64,000 nt of DNA from contig CAWBOS010000006.1 in NCBI GenBank assembly GCA_963790475.1, positions 736,001 to 800,000 of the forward strand, given 5' to 3'. A model generated the notes under the pieces. That model did no database searches. It was not told the origin of the DNA and saw only the letters and a list, made by a program, of their open reading frames with translations. Positions 8,829 to 18,565 of the stretch are shown here, one piece after another; position 1 is the first letter of the stretch, and each line of letters begins with the position of its first letter. The translations under genes and the position numbers were made by a program. This stretch comes from an uncultured delta proteobacterium (GTDB lineage: Bacteria > Desulfobacterota > RBG-13-43-22).

Positions 8829-10166
8829 TTATTCTCTACCGCCCTTTTTTTGATACCACCGGGCCAAGCGGTTGGGAGATATTCCCGCTAAGTAGCCGGC
8901 TAAGATAAATTGATTTATCAGACTGGTTCGCCAGACCCCATATCGCTGCCACCTTCGGGATGAAGCGATGACCGGAACCGGGGCGATGGCAATACTTCCC
9001 TGGCGTCTTAAGCGACGAATCAGATCCAGATCTTCCAGGATTGGAATATCAGCAAAACCATCCAGTGCTCGGAACCGGTCGGCCCGGAGAAATATCGCCT
9101 GGTCTCCATACGGCCATTGTAAGGTCCTGGCGCGCCAATTAGCCAGTTTTTCAATGAACTGCAGACCAGGCAAGGGTGGATGGAATTTGAGTTGGAAGGC
9201 CCCGGCGGAGACCCCTGGCCTGGAGAGGATAGCGGAGATATAATCGGCAAACCCATCAGGCAGGAGGGTGTCGGCATGGAGGAAAAGGAGGAATTCTCCT
9301 TTGGCCTCCCAGGCCCCGGCATTCATCTGCCGGGCCCTTCCTCTCGGGGAGTCCAAGACCCTTATTCCGGCAGAAAAGGCTGACTCCCGGCTATTATCGA
9401 TACTCCCTCCATCGACCAGGATGACTTCCATCCCCGGTGTCTTGGGGATCCGGGATAGTGTGGTAGATAACCGGGCCGCTTCGTTAAGGGTCGGAATGAT
9501 GATGGAGAGACTGGGGTTGACCGCGGTTTCCAATGGAAGTCCGGTGAATTTTTCCCAGACAGGCAGGTCCTGGGGACGATCAATATCATCAAGAGGTTCT
9601 AATAGGAACTGGTTCAGGCCCAACCTCTGGGCTGTCTCCCGGGTCCGGTTGAAGACTTCTTCTGTTCCCCAGGGAATATCGACAAAAAGCGGGAGTAGAC
9701 AGCGGTTTAATCCAATGAGGTAATATCCTCCGTCCCGAGCCGGACCAATGACCAGATCGTGGTCAACAAGGCCATCAAAGGCCTGTCGCAATATTTCCGG
9801 TGTCAGGCCCGGACAATCGGACCCGACGATAACCACCCGCTTGGCTCCCGATTGAAAGGCCTCTTGAAAGGCCCGCTCCAGGCGGAGGCCCAGATCGCCA
9901 TTGCCCTGGGAAGCAAAAAACAGATTCGATCCCAACCATTGTTTCATGAGGTCCTCGTGGCCTCCCTCATAACGGACCTCAAAAACTTCAGGACAGGCAG
10001 CGGAAAAAATCCTGAGCTGATGTGCGGTATGCTCTGTCATCTTCCGGTGCAGTTCACAGGAACCTCCTGGGCCCAGGGCCGGGATAAGGCGGGTTTTGAC
10101 CTCGCCGGCCACCGGATACCGGGTAAAAAGAATCAATCGGTCCGAATTTGCGGAAAACGGGATCAA
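8829..10166 (-). CDS. Fused arsenosugar-biosynthesis-associated glycosyltransferases (DUF2064/TIGR04282-type plus GT2/TIGR04283-type)
   Basis: N-half VKTRL, GDLGxRL, GSDCP, GPARDGGYYLIG, DIDRPQD; C-half IIPTLNEA, GRARQMNAGA, FLHADT, YGDQ, EDL, SSRRW; next to arsS. Confidence 0.88.
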   Translation of the reverse strand: MIPFSANSDRLILFTRYPVAGEVKTRLIPALGPGGSCELHRKMTEHTAHQLRIFSAACPEVFEVRYEGGHEDLMKQWLGSNLFFASQGNGDLGLRLERAFQEAFQSGAKRVVIVGSDCPGLTPEILRQAFDGLVDHDLVIGPARDGGYYLIGLNRCLLPLFVDIPWGTEEVFNRTRETAQRLGLNQFLLEPLDDIDRPQDLPVWEKFTGLPLETAVNPSLSIIIPTLNEAARLSTTLSRIPKTPGMEVILVDGGSIDNSRESAFSAGIRVLDSPRGRARQMNAGAWEAKGEFLLFLHADTLLPDGFADYISAILSRPGVSAGAFQLKFHPPLPGLQFIEKLANWRARTLQWPYGDQAIFLRADRFRALDGFADIPILEDLDLIRRLRRQGSIAIAPVPVIASSRRWQRYGVWRTSLINQFILAGYLAGISPNRLARWYQKKGGRE

Positions 10167-10190
10167 GGATTTAACCGCCTTTAGCTATGA

Positions 10191-10210
10191 TGTCCTGTAC
10201 CTCAGGGACA
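10191..10210 (-). promoter_or_regulatory. Candidate bacterial SECIS hairpin
   Basis: tgtccctg-aggta-caggaca stem-loop starting 12 nt after in-frame TGA. Confidence 0.6.
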
Positions 10211-11194
10211 AATCGCCCCCGCTCAGGTGAACCCAGCTCCGGCTGTACAAGCATAACAATGGTCGGAAACGGTGATAGGCTGACCCGGGATGAGGGACCC
10301 GGTCATGTCCGAGACATGGATTTTTCGACCTCCCAGGAAAAGATTTTGGGCCAGATTGAAATCACAATCGAAAAGATAACCATCCCAGGAAACAGATACC
10401 GTGGATCGGCACATAACTCCGTCCAGGACGGACGGATTGAAGGACCTGACCAGCTTTTGTCGATAAGATTCCAAGGTGTCGGATTGAACGAGTCCCTGGA
10501 GAAACCGGCCCAGAGGGACATTGGCAAAGGTGTACAGATGATTGAAATCCACACCCCATCCCTTCTTCAGATCGGTGCGAAAACGCTTTTCAGTTTCATC
10601 CTGGAAGGAAGGAAGATCCATCCCTGCCGGATTGACAACCAGATTCAGGTCCAGATCTGATCCCTCCTGACCGTATCCCATAGCATTCAGGGATTGTAAC
10701 ACTTCGATGGATTTTCGAAAAATTCCCGGCCCCCGCTGGGCATCGGTTAGAGTGCTGTTCAAAGAGGGCAAAGAGGCGATGATGGCTACCCGATACTCTT
10801 TTAATAGGGGCATCAAGGAATCCCGGTTTCCGTCGGCTAAGGCCGTCAGATTGGAGCGGAGCATTATCCGGGGAATTGATGAAGAGATTTCTTTAATCAA
10901 AAGGGGCAGGTGGGGATTTAATTCCGGTGCTCCACCGGTGATATCCACGATCTGAAAATTCCCCCTTCGAGCAAAGGCTGCCGCCTCACGAACGGTTTCA
11001 GCGGTCATTAACTCCGAACGATTAGGGCCGGCCTCAAGATGGCAATGGCGGCAGGCCTGATTGCACAGCAGGCCCATATTGATCTGTAAGGTGGTGGTAT
11101 TGAGTCGAGTGAGACTGAGCCGATTTTGAGACAGAGTCCTGGAAAAACGGGGGATGACCTTGTTCAGATTGGTTTCAAAGATTGAACTTTCCAA
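10202..11194 (-). CDS. arsS: Arsenosugar biosynthesis radical SAM (seleno)protein; TGA at 10223-10225 likely Sec
   Basis: CNQACRHCH, DITGGAPE, DCDFN, HCYACTAGAGFT-TGA-AGAICP; hairpin follows the TGA. Confidence 0.85.
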
Positions 11195-11258
11195 AAAACA
11201 CCTCTGGACCTTTTTTTAGAGTCCTATCCGGCTTAGACACCTGGGTGAGACGGCGATA

Positions 11259-11287
11259 ATTATAGCAAGGTAAGCGCGTTGAAGCAA
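11259..11287 (-). promoter_or_regulatory. Sigma70-type promoter for arsS operon
   Basis: TTGCTT-N17-TATAAT with extended TGn. Confidence 0.7.
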
Positions 11288-11324
11288 TGAATAGTTGGAG
11301 CGGATGATTAAGAATCCGAAGGTG

Positions 11325-13994
11325 TTATAAGAACCTCCTTTTATAAAATTTTTCCAGTTCCATGATCCAGAAGAGGATAGTGGATAGGATCAGAGTTAAT
11401 GACAATTCATTGAAGGTCAAGGGCACGGTTCTAAAGACGGGATTCAGGAACGGCAAATAAACGGTGGCCATTTGGAGAACAAAGGTCAAAACAACAGCCC
11501 CTAAAAGAGGCTTATTGGTCCATAAGCCCTGACTGAAAAGGGACTCCCTTTCCGACCGTATGGCCAGCACGTTACCGAGTTGTGTCAGACAGAGCACATT
11601 GAAAACCATGGTCTGCCAGTGGCTGTTTCCGATCTTAATCTGCCAAACCTGAACAAGAAGGACGGTTACCCCCATCAAAAAACCCAGCCAGAGGGCGTGA
11701 AGGCCCAGGCCCCGAGCCAAAATACCTTCTTTGGGATGTCTTGGGGGACGCTTCATCACCTCTCCTTCTGCCGGTTCGAAAGAAAGGGCCAGGGCCGGAA
11801 GCCCGTCAGTGACCAGATTTACCCAAAGGATATGGATAGGCAACAGCGGGATGGGCAGACCCATCAAAGGCGCCAGGAAGAGGGTAAAGATTTCACCGGA
11901 ATTGGTAGTCAATAAATATTTTATGAATTTCCTTAGGTTGTCGAATATCTTCCGGCCTTCTCTGATCGCTTTGACAATGGTGGCAAAGTTATCATCCAGC
12001 AGGATCATGTGGGCGGCTTCTTTGGAGACATCGGTACCGGTGATACCCATGGCGATTCCTATGTCGGCCCTCTTCAACGCCGGGGCATCATTAACCCCGT
12101 CCCCGGTCATGGCCACGAATTGGCCTTTTTCCTGAAGGGCTTTGACAATTTTCAATTTTTGTTCCGGGGCCACCCGGGCATAGACCCGGATTTGTTCGAC
12201 CTGTTTTTCGAATTCTTCCAGAGACAACCCTTCCAGTTCCCTGCCGGTCATAACGGATTCCGAGCCGGCCTCGATGATTTCCAGTCGTTCGGCTATGGCC
12301 CGGGCGGTAACCGGATGATCCCCGGTGATCATAACCGGTATGATCCCTGCTGTCTTGCACAGGCGGATTGCTTCTCGGGCCTCATCCCGGGGTGGATCCA
12401 TCAATCCGGCCAGACCTAAAAAGGTCAATCCTGTTTCTACCGATTCAGGAGATACTTTTTCCGGAAAAGTCTTCCAGCGGCGCATGGCCACAGCGATGAT
12501 CCGTAAACCCTCGGCGCCCATTTTTTCATTGATGGCATTGATGGTGTTTTTGTTGAGGGGGCCAAGACCTTCGGTGGTCAGAATATTCTCCGATTTGTCC
12601 AGCAAAACATCCACGGCCCCTTTGGTAAAGGAGATGGTTTCCGGCCTTTGTCCCTTGACACCGGAAACCCGATGGATGGTGGTCATGCATTTTCTGTCGG
12701 CATCAAAAGGGAGTTCCCCGGTGCGGGGGAAGATTTCTTCCAAATCTTTTTTCCCGAATCCCCTTTCTGCGGCCCAATGGAATAAGGCCAACTCAGTGGA
12801 ATCACCGATCAGATTCGCACCTTGATCCGTCTGGACATCATTGTTCAAGGCCAGGGCGGACAGAAAAGCCGAGGCCGGTAGAAAGCCCTCCTTCAACCAA
12901 TCATGCTTAAAAGGTTGGCCCTCAGGACTCCTAACTCCGAACTCCTTGCCCCGAACTGTTTGCCCGTCCACATACATCTCTTCGACAGTCATCTTATTCA
13001 GCGTCAAAGTCCCGGTTTTATCCGAACAGATGTAGGTCACCGATCCCAGGGTTTCCACAGCCGGAAGTTTTCGGATCAAGGCGTTTTCTTTCACCAGCTT
13101 TTTTGCCCCCAGGGCCAATGATATGGTGACTACTGCCGGGAGTGCTTCCGGAATAGCGGCCACGGCCAAAGAAATGGCCGTAAGTAACATCAGAAGCAGG
13201 GGCTCATTTCTTAGCAATCCAATGGAAAAAATAATGGCGCAAATGGCCAGGGCGGCCAGGGCCAGATTTTTACCTAAAACGGTCAGCCTTTTCTGTAGGG
13301 GGGTCTTGACCTCTTCTTCATCCCGGATCAAAGTGGCGATCCGGCCCAATTCGGTTTCCATGCCGGTGAATACGGCGATCCCGTTACCCCGGCCATGGGT
13401 GACAAAGGTTCCCTTAAAAACCATATTTTTTCTATCACCCAGGGGTAAAGATGGATCTTCAAGGGACTGGGGGTGCTTTTCCACCGGGACCGACTCCCCG
13501 GTCAGGGCCGCCTCTTCAACTTTTAATTGAAACCCTTCGATCAACCTCATGTCGGCCGGCACTACATTCCCGGCATCGAGGAGGATGATATCCCCGGGAA
13601 CAATCCGGGCGGCCGGTATTTGGGTCGCCTGATGATCTCTCAGGACGACTGCATGAGTGGCGGCCATTTTCTTAAGGGCGGCCATGGCTTTTTCAGCCCG
13701 GAATTCCTGGGTAAAGCCGATGACCGCATTGAGGACAACGATGACCATGATGGCTAGGGTATCGGACGGTTCGCCGATGATGCCGGAGATGAGGGCGGCG
13801 GCTATCAGGACCAGGATCATGAAATCCTTAAATTGATCCAGGAAAATCATGAACCCGGTTTTTTTCTTTTTCTCTTTCAATTCATTGGGACCATATTGGT
13901 CAAGACGCTTTTGAGCCTCTGCCGAATCCAGACCCTGAAGGGATGAACTCAGATCCCCGATGACCGTGCTAATTTCCTTTTGATGCCATTCCAT
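11325..13994 (-). CDS. P2A-type cation-transporting P-type ATPase (Ca2+/Mn2+ export, YoaB-like)
   Basis: TGES, IPEAL, DKTGTLT, MITGD, TGDGVNDAPAL; downstream of Mn riboswitch. Confidence 0.93.
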   Translation of the reverse strand: MEWHQKEISTVIGDLSSSLQGLDSAEAQKRLDQYGPNELKEKKKKTGFMIFLDQFKDFMILVLIAAALISGIIGEPSDTLAIMVIVVLNAVIGFTQEFRAEKAMAALKKMAATHAVVLRDHQATQIPAARIVPGDIILLDAGNVVPADMRLIEGFQLKVEEAALTGESVPVEKHPQSLEDPSLPLGDRKNMVFKGTFVTHGRGNGIAVFTGMETELGRIATLIRDEEEVKTPLQKRLTVLGKNLALAALAICAIIFSIGLLRNEPLLLMLLTAISLAVAAIPEALPAVVTISLALGAKKLVKENALIRKLPAVETLGSVTYICSDKTGTLTLNKMTVEEMYVDGQTVRGKEFGVRSPEGQPFKHDWLKEGFLPASAFLSALALNNDVQTDQGANLIGDSTELALFHWAAERGFGKKDLEEIFPRTGELPFDADRKCMTTIHRVSGVKGQRPETISFTKGAVDVLLDKSENILTTEGLGPLNKNTINAINEKMGAEGLRIIAVAMRRWKTFPEKVSPESVETGLTFLGLAGLMDPPRDEAREAIRLCKTAGIIPVMITGDHPVTARAIAERLEIIEAGSESVMTGRELEGLSLEEFEKQVEQIRVYARVAPEQKLKIVKALQEKGQFVAMTGDGVNDAPALKRADIGIAMGITGTDVSKEAAHMILLDDNFATIVKAIREGRKIFDNLRKFIKYLLTTNSGEIFTLFLAPLMGLPIPLLPIHILWVNLVTDGLPALALSFEPAEGEVMKRPPRHPKEGILARGLGLHALWLGFLMGVTVLLVQVWQIKIGNSHWQTMVFNVLCLTQLGNVLAIRSERESLFSQGLWTNKPLLGAVVLTFVLQMATVYLPFLNPVFRTVPLTFNELSLTLILSTILFWIMELEKFYKRRFL

Positions 13995-14063
13995 TCTTAC
14001 TCTCGGATCAATCGAATAATTCCGCTAAAGAGGATACCCCATTGATGTCGTCCATAGGATAAT

Positions 14064-14300
14064 TCATTTTCGGGTCTCCTTACCTTTGCGCAGGGTTGAA
14101 AGTTTGCTCTTAACCTTATTGATCAGGTTTCTTGCCCAGACAAATTCAGTGGCCAGAATGGCCAAGGCCAACGGGATAACCAGTAAGGCCGGACCGGGCA
14201 GAACAACCATCACCAGACCGATGGCCAAGACCGTGAAACCGATGACCGCTATAACCACCCTTCTGACCTGCCTGAGGCCCTTAGAATAATAAGCAGTCAA
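14064..14300 (-). CDS. Small membrane protein, PGPGW-family
   Basis: Hydrophobic hairpin VLPGPALLVIPLALAILATEFVWA. Confidence 0.8.
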   Translation of the reverse strand: MTAYYSKGLRQVRRVVIAVIGFTVLAIGLVMVVLPGPALLVIPLALAILATEFVWARNLINKVKSKLSTLRKGKETRK

Positions 14301-14340
14301 GTCTTTCTCCCCTCGTCATCCCCCAGGTCTGTTTTCACCA

Positions 14341-14384
14341 AAAAAAAACCTTTACCTCGATGTTATTTCATCGCGATAAAGGTC
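14341..14384 (-). terminator. Intrinsic terminator, expression platform of the riboswitch
   Basis: acctttatcgcgatg...catcgaggtaaaggt followed by a T run; overlaps aptamer 3' strand. Confidence 0.85.
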
Positions 14385-14473
14385 TGGCCAATCAGGATCT
14401 CCCCAACCAACGGCACCGGCCTGCTTGAAACAGACGTCTTGACGATTACCGCTGTTAAAGCTACTCCCCTTTA
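14377..14473 (-). ncRNA. yybP-ykoY manganese riboswitch
   Basis: AAAGGGGAGTAGC...CGTCAAGAC...GGCCAGACCTTT consensus elements, upstream of P-type ATPase operon. Confidence 0.9.
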
Positions 14474-14483
14474 ATTAAAGTTT

Positions 14484-14512
14484 AATTTAATAGCGTTATC
14501 GAATTCTGTCAA
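14484..14512 (-). promoter_or_regulatory. Sigma70 promoter driving the riboswitch leader
   Basis: TTGACA-N17-TAAATT ending about 10 nt before the aptamer. Confidence 0.65.
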
Positions 14513-14666
14513 GAGGAATCCAATGGCGTTTCTTTCAAGACCGTCAGGAGTAGACCCCTGAATCGATTCATTGGAGTTCTACACAAATCCCGATGACCTT
14601 ACCGCTAACGGAGGTCTTGTTCTCCCTGTTAATATCCCTGGCTTTCAGTGAGTTCGGTTAATGCCT

Positions 14667-16736
14667 CTAACCGGAAGTTTTCGGGTGCAGGCCGTTTCGG
14701 CCCGATGGAGAAACGGTTTCTTTTTTAAAGGTCAGTAAAATATCTCCGGTTTCTACAGCCTGGCCTGGCTGAACCAAAACCTTTTCCACCTCTCGGTCAC
14801 CGGGAGAGGCCACATAACTTTCCATTTTCATGGATTCGATACTCACCAGGTCTTGTCCGCGATAAACCCGGTCTTCGGGTTTGACCAAAACCGAGACCAC
14901 CAGCCCGGGCATAGGGCAAAGCAGTTCATTCTGGGCCGAGGCCGCTTTGGGCTTGGGCATGTATTGAGATAAAGCCCATTCCCGGGGGGTATAGATTTCA
15001 AAGGTTCGGGTTAACCCGCAATAGGCGACCCCGATAAAGTTGCCCTCATATTGAAGAGCAAACATGGGGGCCAGATGGTCGATCTTCAGTCTCAACCGAC
15101 GGCGGAAAAATTCAAATACCGGCGTTTTGACCTGATACTTGGACCCGTTGACCCAGACCGCCCATTCCCGGGGACCTCCCTTCTTGAGTACGCGTACTTC
15201 AAAACGATCGTCTTCCGCTTTGACCGTATACTCTACCCATTCGGAAAGCAGGTGGGTCAGCCCTACATGGGTGGCCATAGGTTTCAAAGATTCACGGACT
15301 AAGTTGTTGCGATTGTGATAAACCAAGGTGGCGGCAATCACCATAAAATGCAGGACCTCAACCGGCCAGGGGCATTTCCTGCGGCCTTCCTCAAAGTGCT
15401 CGGCGATGAAGTCAGTGGATAATTCTCCGGCGGAATAGGACGGATGGGTCAACACGGCATTAACAAAATTCAGATTGGTGGTCACCCCTTCCAGGTGATA
15501 GCCGTTCAAGGCCTGGACCAAAGTTTCCCGGGCCTCCTCCCGGGTTTCCCCCCAGGCCGATACTTTGGCCAAGAGCGAATCATAATAGACACTGATCAGA
15601 CTGCCGGCCTCGATCCCGCTGTCCAAACGGATGTTTTTCCCCTTGGGAACCGCTGAACGGGTGATCATACCCGTGGCCGGGAGGAACCCTCTGGAAGGAT
15701 CCTCGGCACAAATTCGGGCCTCCATGGCCCAGCCTTTGAATGCTACTTCGTTTTGTTGGAAAGGAAGGGATTGACCGGCGGCGATCCGGAGTTGAAGTTC
15801 CACTAAATCCAGACCGGTGACCCATTCCGTCACCGGATGTTCCACTTGAAGCCGGGTGTTCATCTCTAAAAAATAAAAGTCCCCTTGCTGGTCCAGCAAA
15901 AATTCTACGGTGCCGGCATTGACATAACCGGCTACCTGAGCGAGGCTACAGGCCAATTTCCCGATCCCCCTTCGTTGGGACTCGGACAAAGCCGGGGATG
16001 GGGTTTCCTCAATGATTTTTTGATATCGTCGCTGAACGGAACATTCCCTTTCCCCCAGATGAATCACCCGGCCGAAAGAGTCGGCCAGAATCTGAACTTC
16101 TATGTGCCGGGGTTTTTCCAGGTAGCGCTCTAAAAAAATGTGGTCATCACCAAAGGCTTTACGAGTCTCTTCCTGACAGGTTTTCAAGGCGGTGGCCAAT
16201 TCTTCCCGGCGGCGGACGATCCGCATGCCCTTGCCGCCGCCTCCGGCCGCGGGCTTGAGTAAAAGAGGGAAACCGATGGCATCGGCCAGGTCCTCGATTT
16301 TATGATGGTCGGAAAGGGCCTGGGCCGGCCCGGGGACCACCGGCAACCCGGCTTTGACGGCCAATTTTTTAGAGGCGATTTTATCGCCCAAAAGGGCTAT
16401 GGCCGAGGCCGGAGGACCGATAAAAGTCAATCCGGCCTCCGAAACCAAGCGCGCGAATTCAGGGTTTTCGGAAAGGAAACCGTACCCGGGGTGAATGGCT
16501 TGACACTTTTCCTTTAAAGCCAGGGCAATAATTTTTTCCTTATTCAAATAGGAGTGTTCCGATCGGGCCGGGCCCAACAAAAAGGCCTGGTCGGCTTCCT
16601 GGACATGATGAGATCTGGAATCCATTTCCGAATAAACGGCCACAGTCTCGATATTCAACCGCTTGCAGGTCCGGATTACCCGTATAGCTATTTCTCCTCG
16701 ATTGGCGATGAGGATTTTGTCGAACATAAGAGACAC
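14667..16736 (-). CDS. pccA: Acyl-CoA (propionyl-CoA) carboxylase alpha subunit, biotin carboxylase plus biotin carrier
   Basis: IANRGEIA, HPGYGFLSEN, EMNTRLQVEH, ESMKME. Confidence 0.9.
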   Translation of the reverse strand: MSLMFDKILIANRGEIAIRVIRTCKRLNIETVAVYSEMDSRSHHVQEADQAFLLGPARSEHSYLNKEKIIALALKEKCQAIHPGYGFLSENPEFARLVSEAGLTFIGPPASAIALLGDKIASKKLAVKAGLPVVPGPAQALSDHHKIEDLADAIGFPLLLKPAAGGGGKGMRIVRRREELATALKTCQEETRKAFGDDHIFLERYLEKPRHIEVQILADSFGRVIHLGERECSVQRRYQKIIEETPSPALSESQRRGIGKLACSLAQVAGYVNAGTVEFLLDQQGDFYFLEMNTRLQVEHPVTEWVTGLDLVELQLRIAAGQSLPFQQNEVAFKGWAMEARICAEDPSRGFLPATGMITRSAVPKGKNIRLDSGIEAGSLISVYYDSLLAKVSAWGETREEARETLVQALNGYHLEGVTTNLNFVNAVLTHPSYSAGELSTDFIAEHFEEGRRKCPWPVEVLHFMVIAATLVYHNRNNLVRESLKPMATHVGLTHLLSEWVEYTVKAEDDRFEVRVLKKGGPREWAVWVNGSKYQVKTPVFEFFRRRLRLKIDHLAPMFALQYEGNFIGVAYCGLTRTFEIYTPREWALSQYMPKPKAASAQNELLCPMPGLVVSVLVKPEDRVYRGQDLVSIESMKMESYVASPGDREVEKVLVQPGQAVETGDILLTFKKETVSPSGRNGLHPKTSG

Positions 16737-16737
16737 C

Positions 16738-18366
16738 TCACAAAGGGATATTGCCGTGTTTCCGTAACGGCTTGTTGATTTGCTTGCCTTCCAGAACCTG
16801 CAGTCCTCTAATCAGGCGGTGCCGGGTACTTCGGGGGAAAATGACGTCGTCAATATAACCCCTTTGGGCGGCCAGAAAGGGGTTGGCGAAGGTTTGACGG
16901 TATTCCTCGGTTTTTTGCGACAGAAGGGCTTCCGGATCAGGGGCCTTTTGAATCTCTTTTCGATAAATGACTTCGGCGGCACCTCTGGGGCCCAACACGG
17001 CGATTTCGGCCGTCGGCCAGGCATAATTGATATCGCAGCGAATATGTTTGGAATTCATCACCACGTAGGCCCCCCCATAGGCTTTGCGAACGATAACCGA
17101 AATCCGGGGGACCGTAGCTTCGACAAAGGCATACAGCAGCTTAGCGCCGTGGCGTATGATTCCACCGTGTTCCTGTTCCGGTCCGGGCATGAAACCGGGG
17201 ACATCCACCAGACAAATCAAAGGGATATTGAAGGCGTCACAAAAACGGACAAATCGAGCGGCCTTAGTCGAGGCATTGGAATCCAATACCCCGGCCAGGA
17301 CTGCCGGCTGATTGGCGATCAGACCTATCGTCTGCCCGCCCAGGCGGCCGAACCCGCAAAGGATGTTCCGGGCAAAACGGGCTTGAATTTCCATAAACTC
17401 CGCGCCATCAAGAATGCTGTGAATTAAAACCTTCATATCATAACTCTGATTGGGGTTGATGGGAACCAGGTAGTCCAGGGCCGGATCTTCGCGGTCGGCT
17501 GGGTCCCTTAGATCCAGAATAGGCGCTGTCTGCCGATTATGCGATGGAAGATAATTAATCAGGCGCCTGATTTCCCTCAGGCAAAGAATATCATTCGGAA
17601 AAACAAAATGAGCCACCCCGCTTTTCTGGTTGTGAACCGCAGCCCCACCTAGATCTTCGGAACTGATTTCCTGATGGGTCACGGTCTTAACTACGTTAGG
17701 TCCGGTGACAAACATATTGGAAGTATGTTCCACCATGAAAGTAAAGTCGGTCATGGCCGGACTATAAACCGCCCCGCCGGCACAGGGACCCATAACGCAG
17801 GAGATTTGAGGGACTACCCCGCTGGCCAGGACGTTGCGATTAAATATCTCACCATAAGCGGCCAGGGCGTCCACGCCTTCTTGAATACGCGCCCCTCCGG
17901 AATCGTTAAGTCCTATTATCGGGGCCCCTACCCGGACGGCATGATCCATGACTTTGCAGATTTTTTGGGAATGGGCCTCTCCCAATGATCCGCCGACCAT
18001 GGTAAAGTCCTGGCTGAAGACAAAAACCTCTCGACCGTCAATGGTGCCGTGACCGGTAATCACGCCATCCCCCGGATAGTTGCGCTCTTTTCCAAAAGCA
18101 CCTCCCCGACCGGTTTTCAATAGATCAAATTCTTCCATAGACCCTTCGTCCAACAGCAGATCGAGACGTTCCCGGGCGGAGAGTTTTCCTTTTTTATGCT
18201 GAATGGCTATCTGCTCTGTTCCGCCCCCCTGGATGGCTTCAATACGCATCCCCTGCAGGACACCCAGATTATTTTGGATGGGTGTGGTGTTATCTTCGGG
18301 AGGGGATGCCGGCTTTGTTTTCTTCTTGGACGATAGAGTTTTTCCCGGGATCGTTTTCCGATTCAT
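16738..18366 (-). CDS. pccB: Acyl-CoA (propionyl-CoA) carboxylase carboxyltransferase beta subunit
   Basis: DSGGARIQEG, CAGGAVY, DVPGF, RKAYGGAY, KHGNIPL; ATG 18366 with GGAG RBS. Confidence 0.92.
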   Translation of the reverse strand: MNRKTIPGKTLSSKKKTKPASPPEDNTTPIQNNLGVLQGMRIEAIQGGGTEQIAIQHKKGKLSARERLDLLLDEGSMEEFDLLKTGRGGAFGKERNYPGDGVITGHGTIDGREVFVFSQDFTMVGGSLGEAHSQKICKVMDHAVRVGAPIIGLNDSGGARIQEGVDALAAYGEIFNRNVLASGVVPQISCVMGPCAGGAVYSPAMTDFTFMVEHTSNMFVTGPNVVKTVTHQEISSEDLGGAAVHNQKSGVAHFVFPNDILCLREIRRLINYLPSHNRQTAPILDLRDPADREDPALDYLVPINPNQSYDMKVLIHSILDGAEFMEIQARFARNILCGFGRLGGQTIGLIANQPAVLAGVLDSNASTKAARFVRFCDAFNIPLICLVDVPGFMPGPEQEHGGIIRHGAKLLYAFVEATVPRISVIVRKAYGGAYVVMNSKHIRCDINYAWPTAEIAVLGPRGAAEVIYRKEIQKAPDPEALLSQKTEEYRQTFANPFLAAQRGYIDDVIFPRSTRHRLIRGLQVLEGKQINKPLRKHGNIPL

Positions 18367-18391
18367 GCTTTCTCCATTAATAATGATAAAA

Positions 18392-18423
18392 TCGTAAAAA
18401 GTCGTCACCCCGGCGAAAGCCGG
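18392..18423 (+). repeat. Left part of REP/MITE-like palindromic repeat, truncated
   Basis: tcgtaaaaagtcgtcaccccggcgaaagccgg matches the start of the element at 27093. Confidence 0.8.
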
Positions 18424-18435
18424 TCCCGCCTATAA

Positions 18436-18464
18436 TTGTGCCATATGGCATTGAATGGTAAAAT
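18436..18464 (+). promoter_or_regulatory. Promoter with palindromic operator for DUF1670 pair
   Basis: TTGTGC-N17-TAAAAT with TGn; perfect palindrome TGCCATATGGCA at 18439-18450. Confidence 0.55.
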
Positions 18465-18565
18465 GATGATCATGATTGGTAAAGGAGTTAAGTCTACCCA
18501 GGCGAAGAAATCCAAGCCACGGGTTAGACCGAAATCCGTTTTTCAACCTCAAGGGGAGGACCGGC

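Noticed and set aside
10181-10204. Second in-frame TGA in arsS as another Sec
   Set aside because: No downstream hairpin and the extension has no family resemblance; treated as the stop
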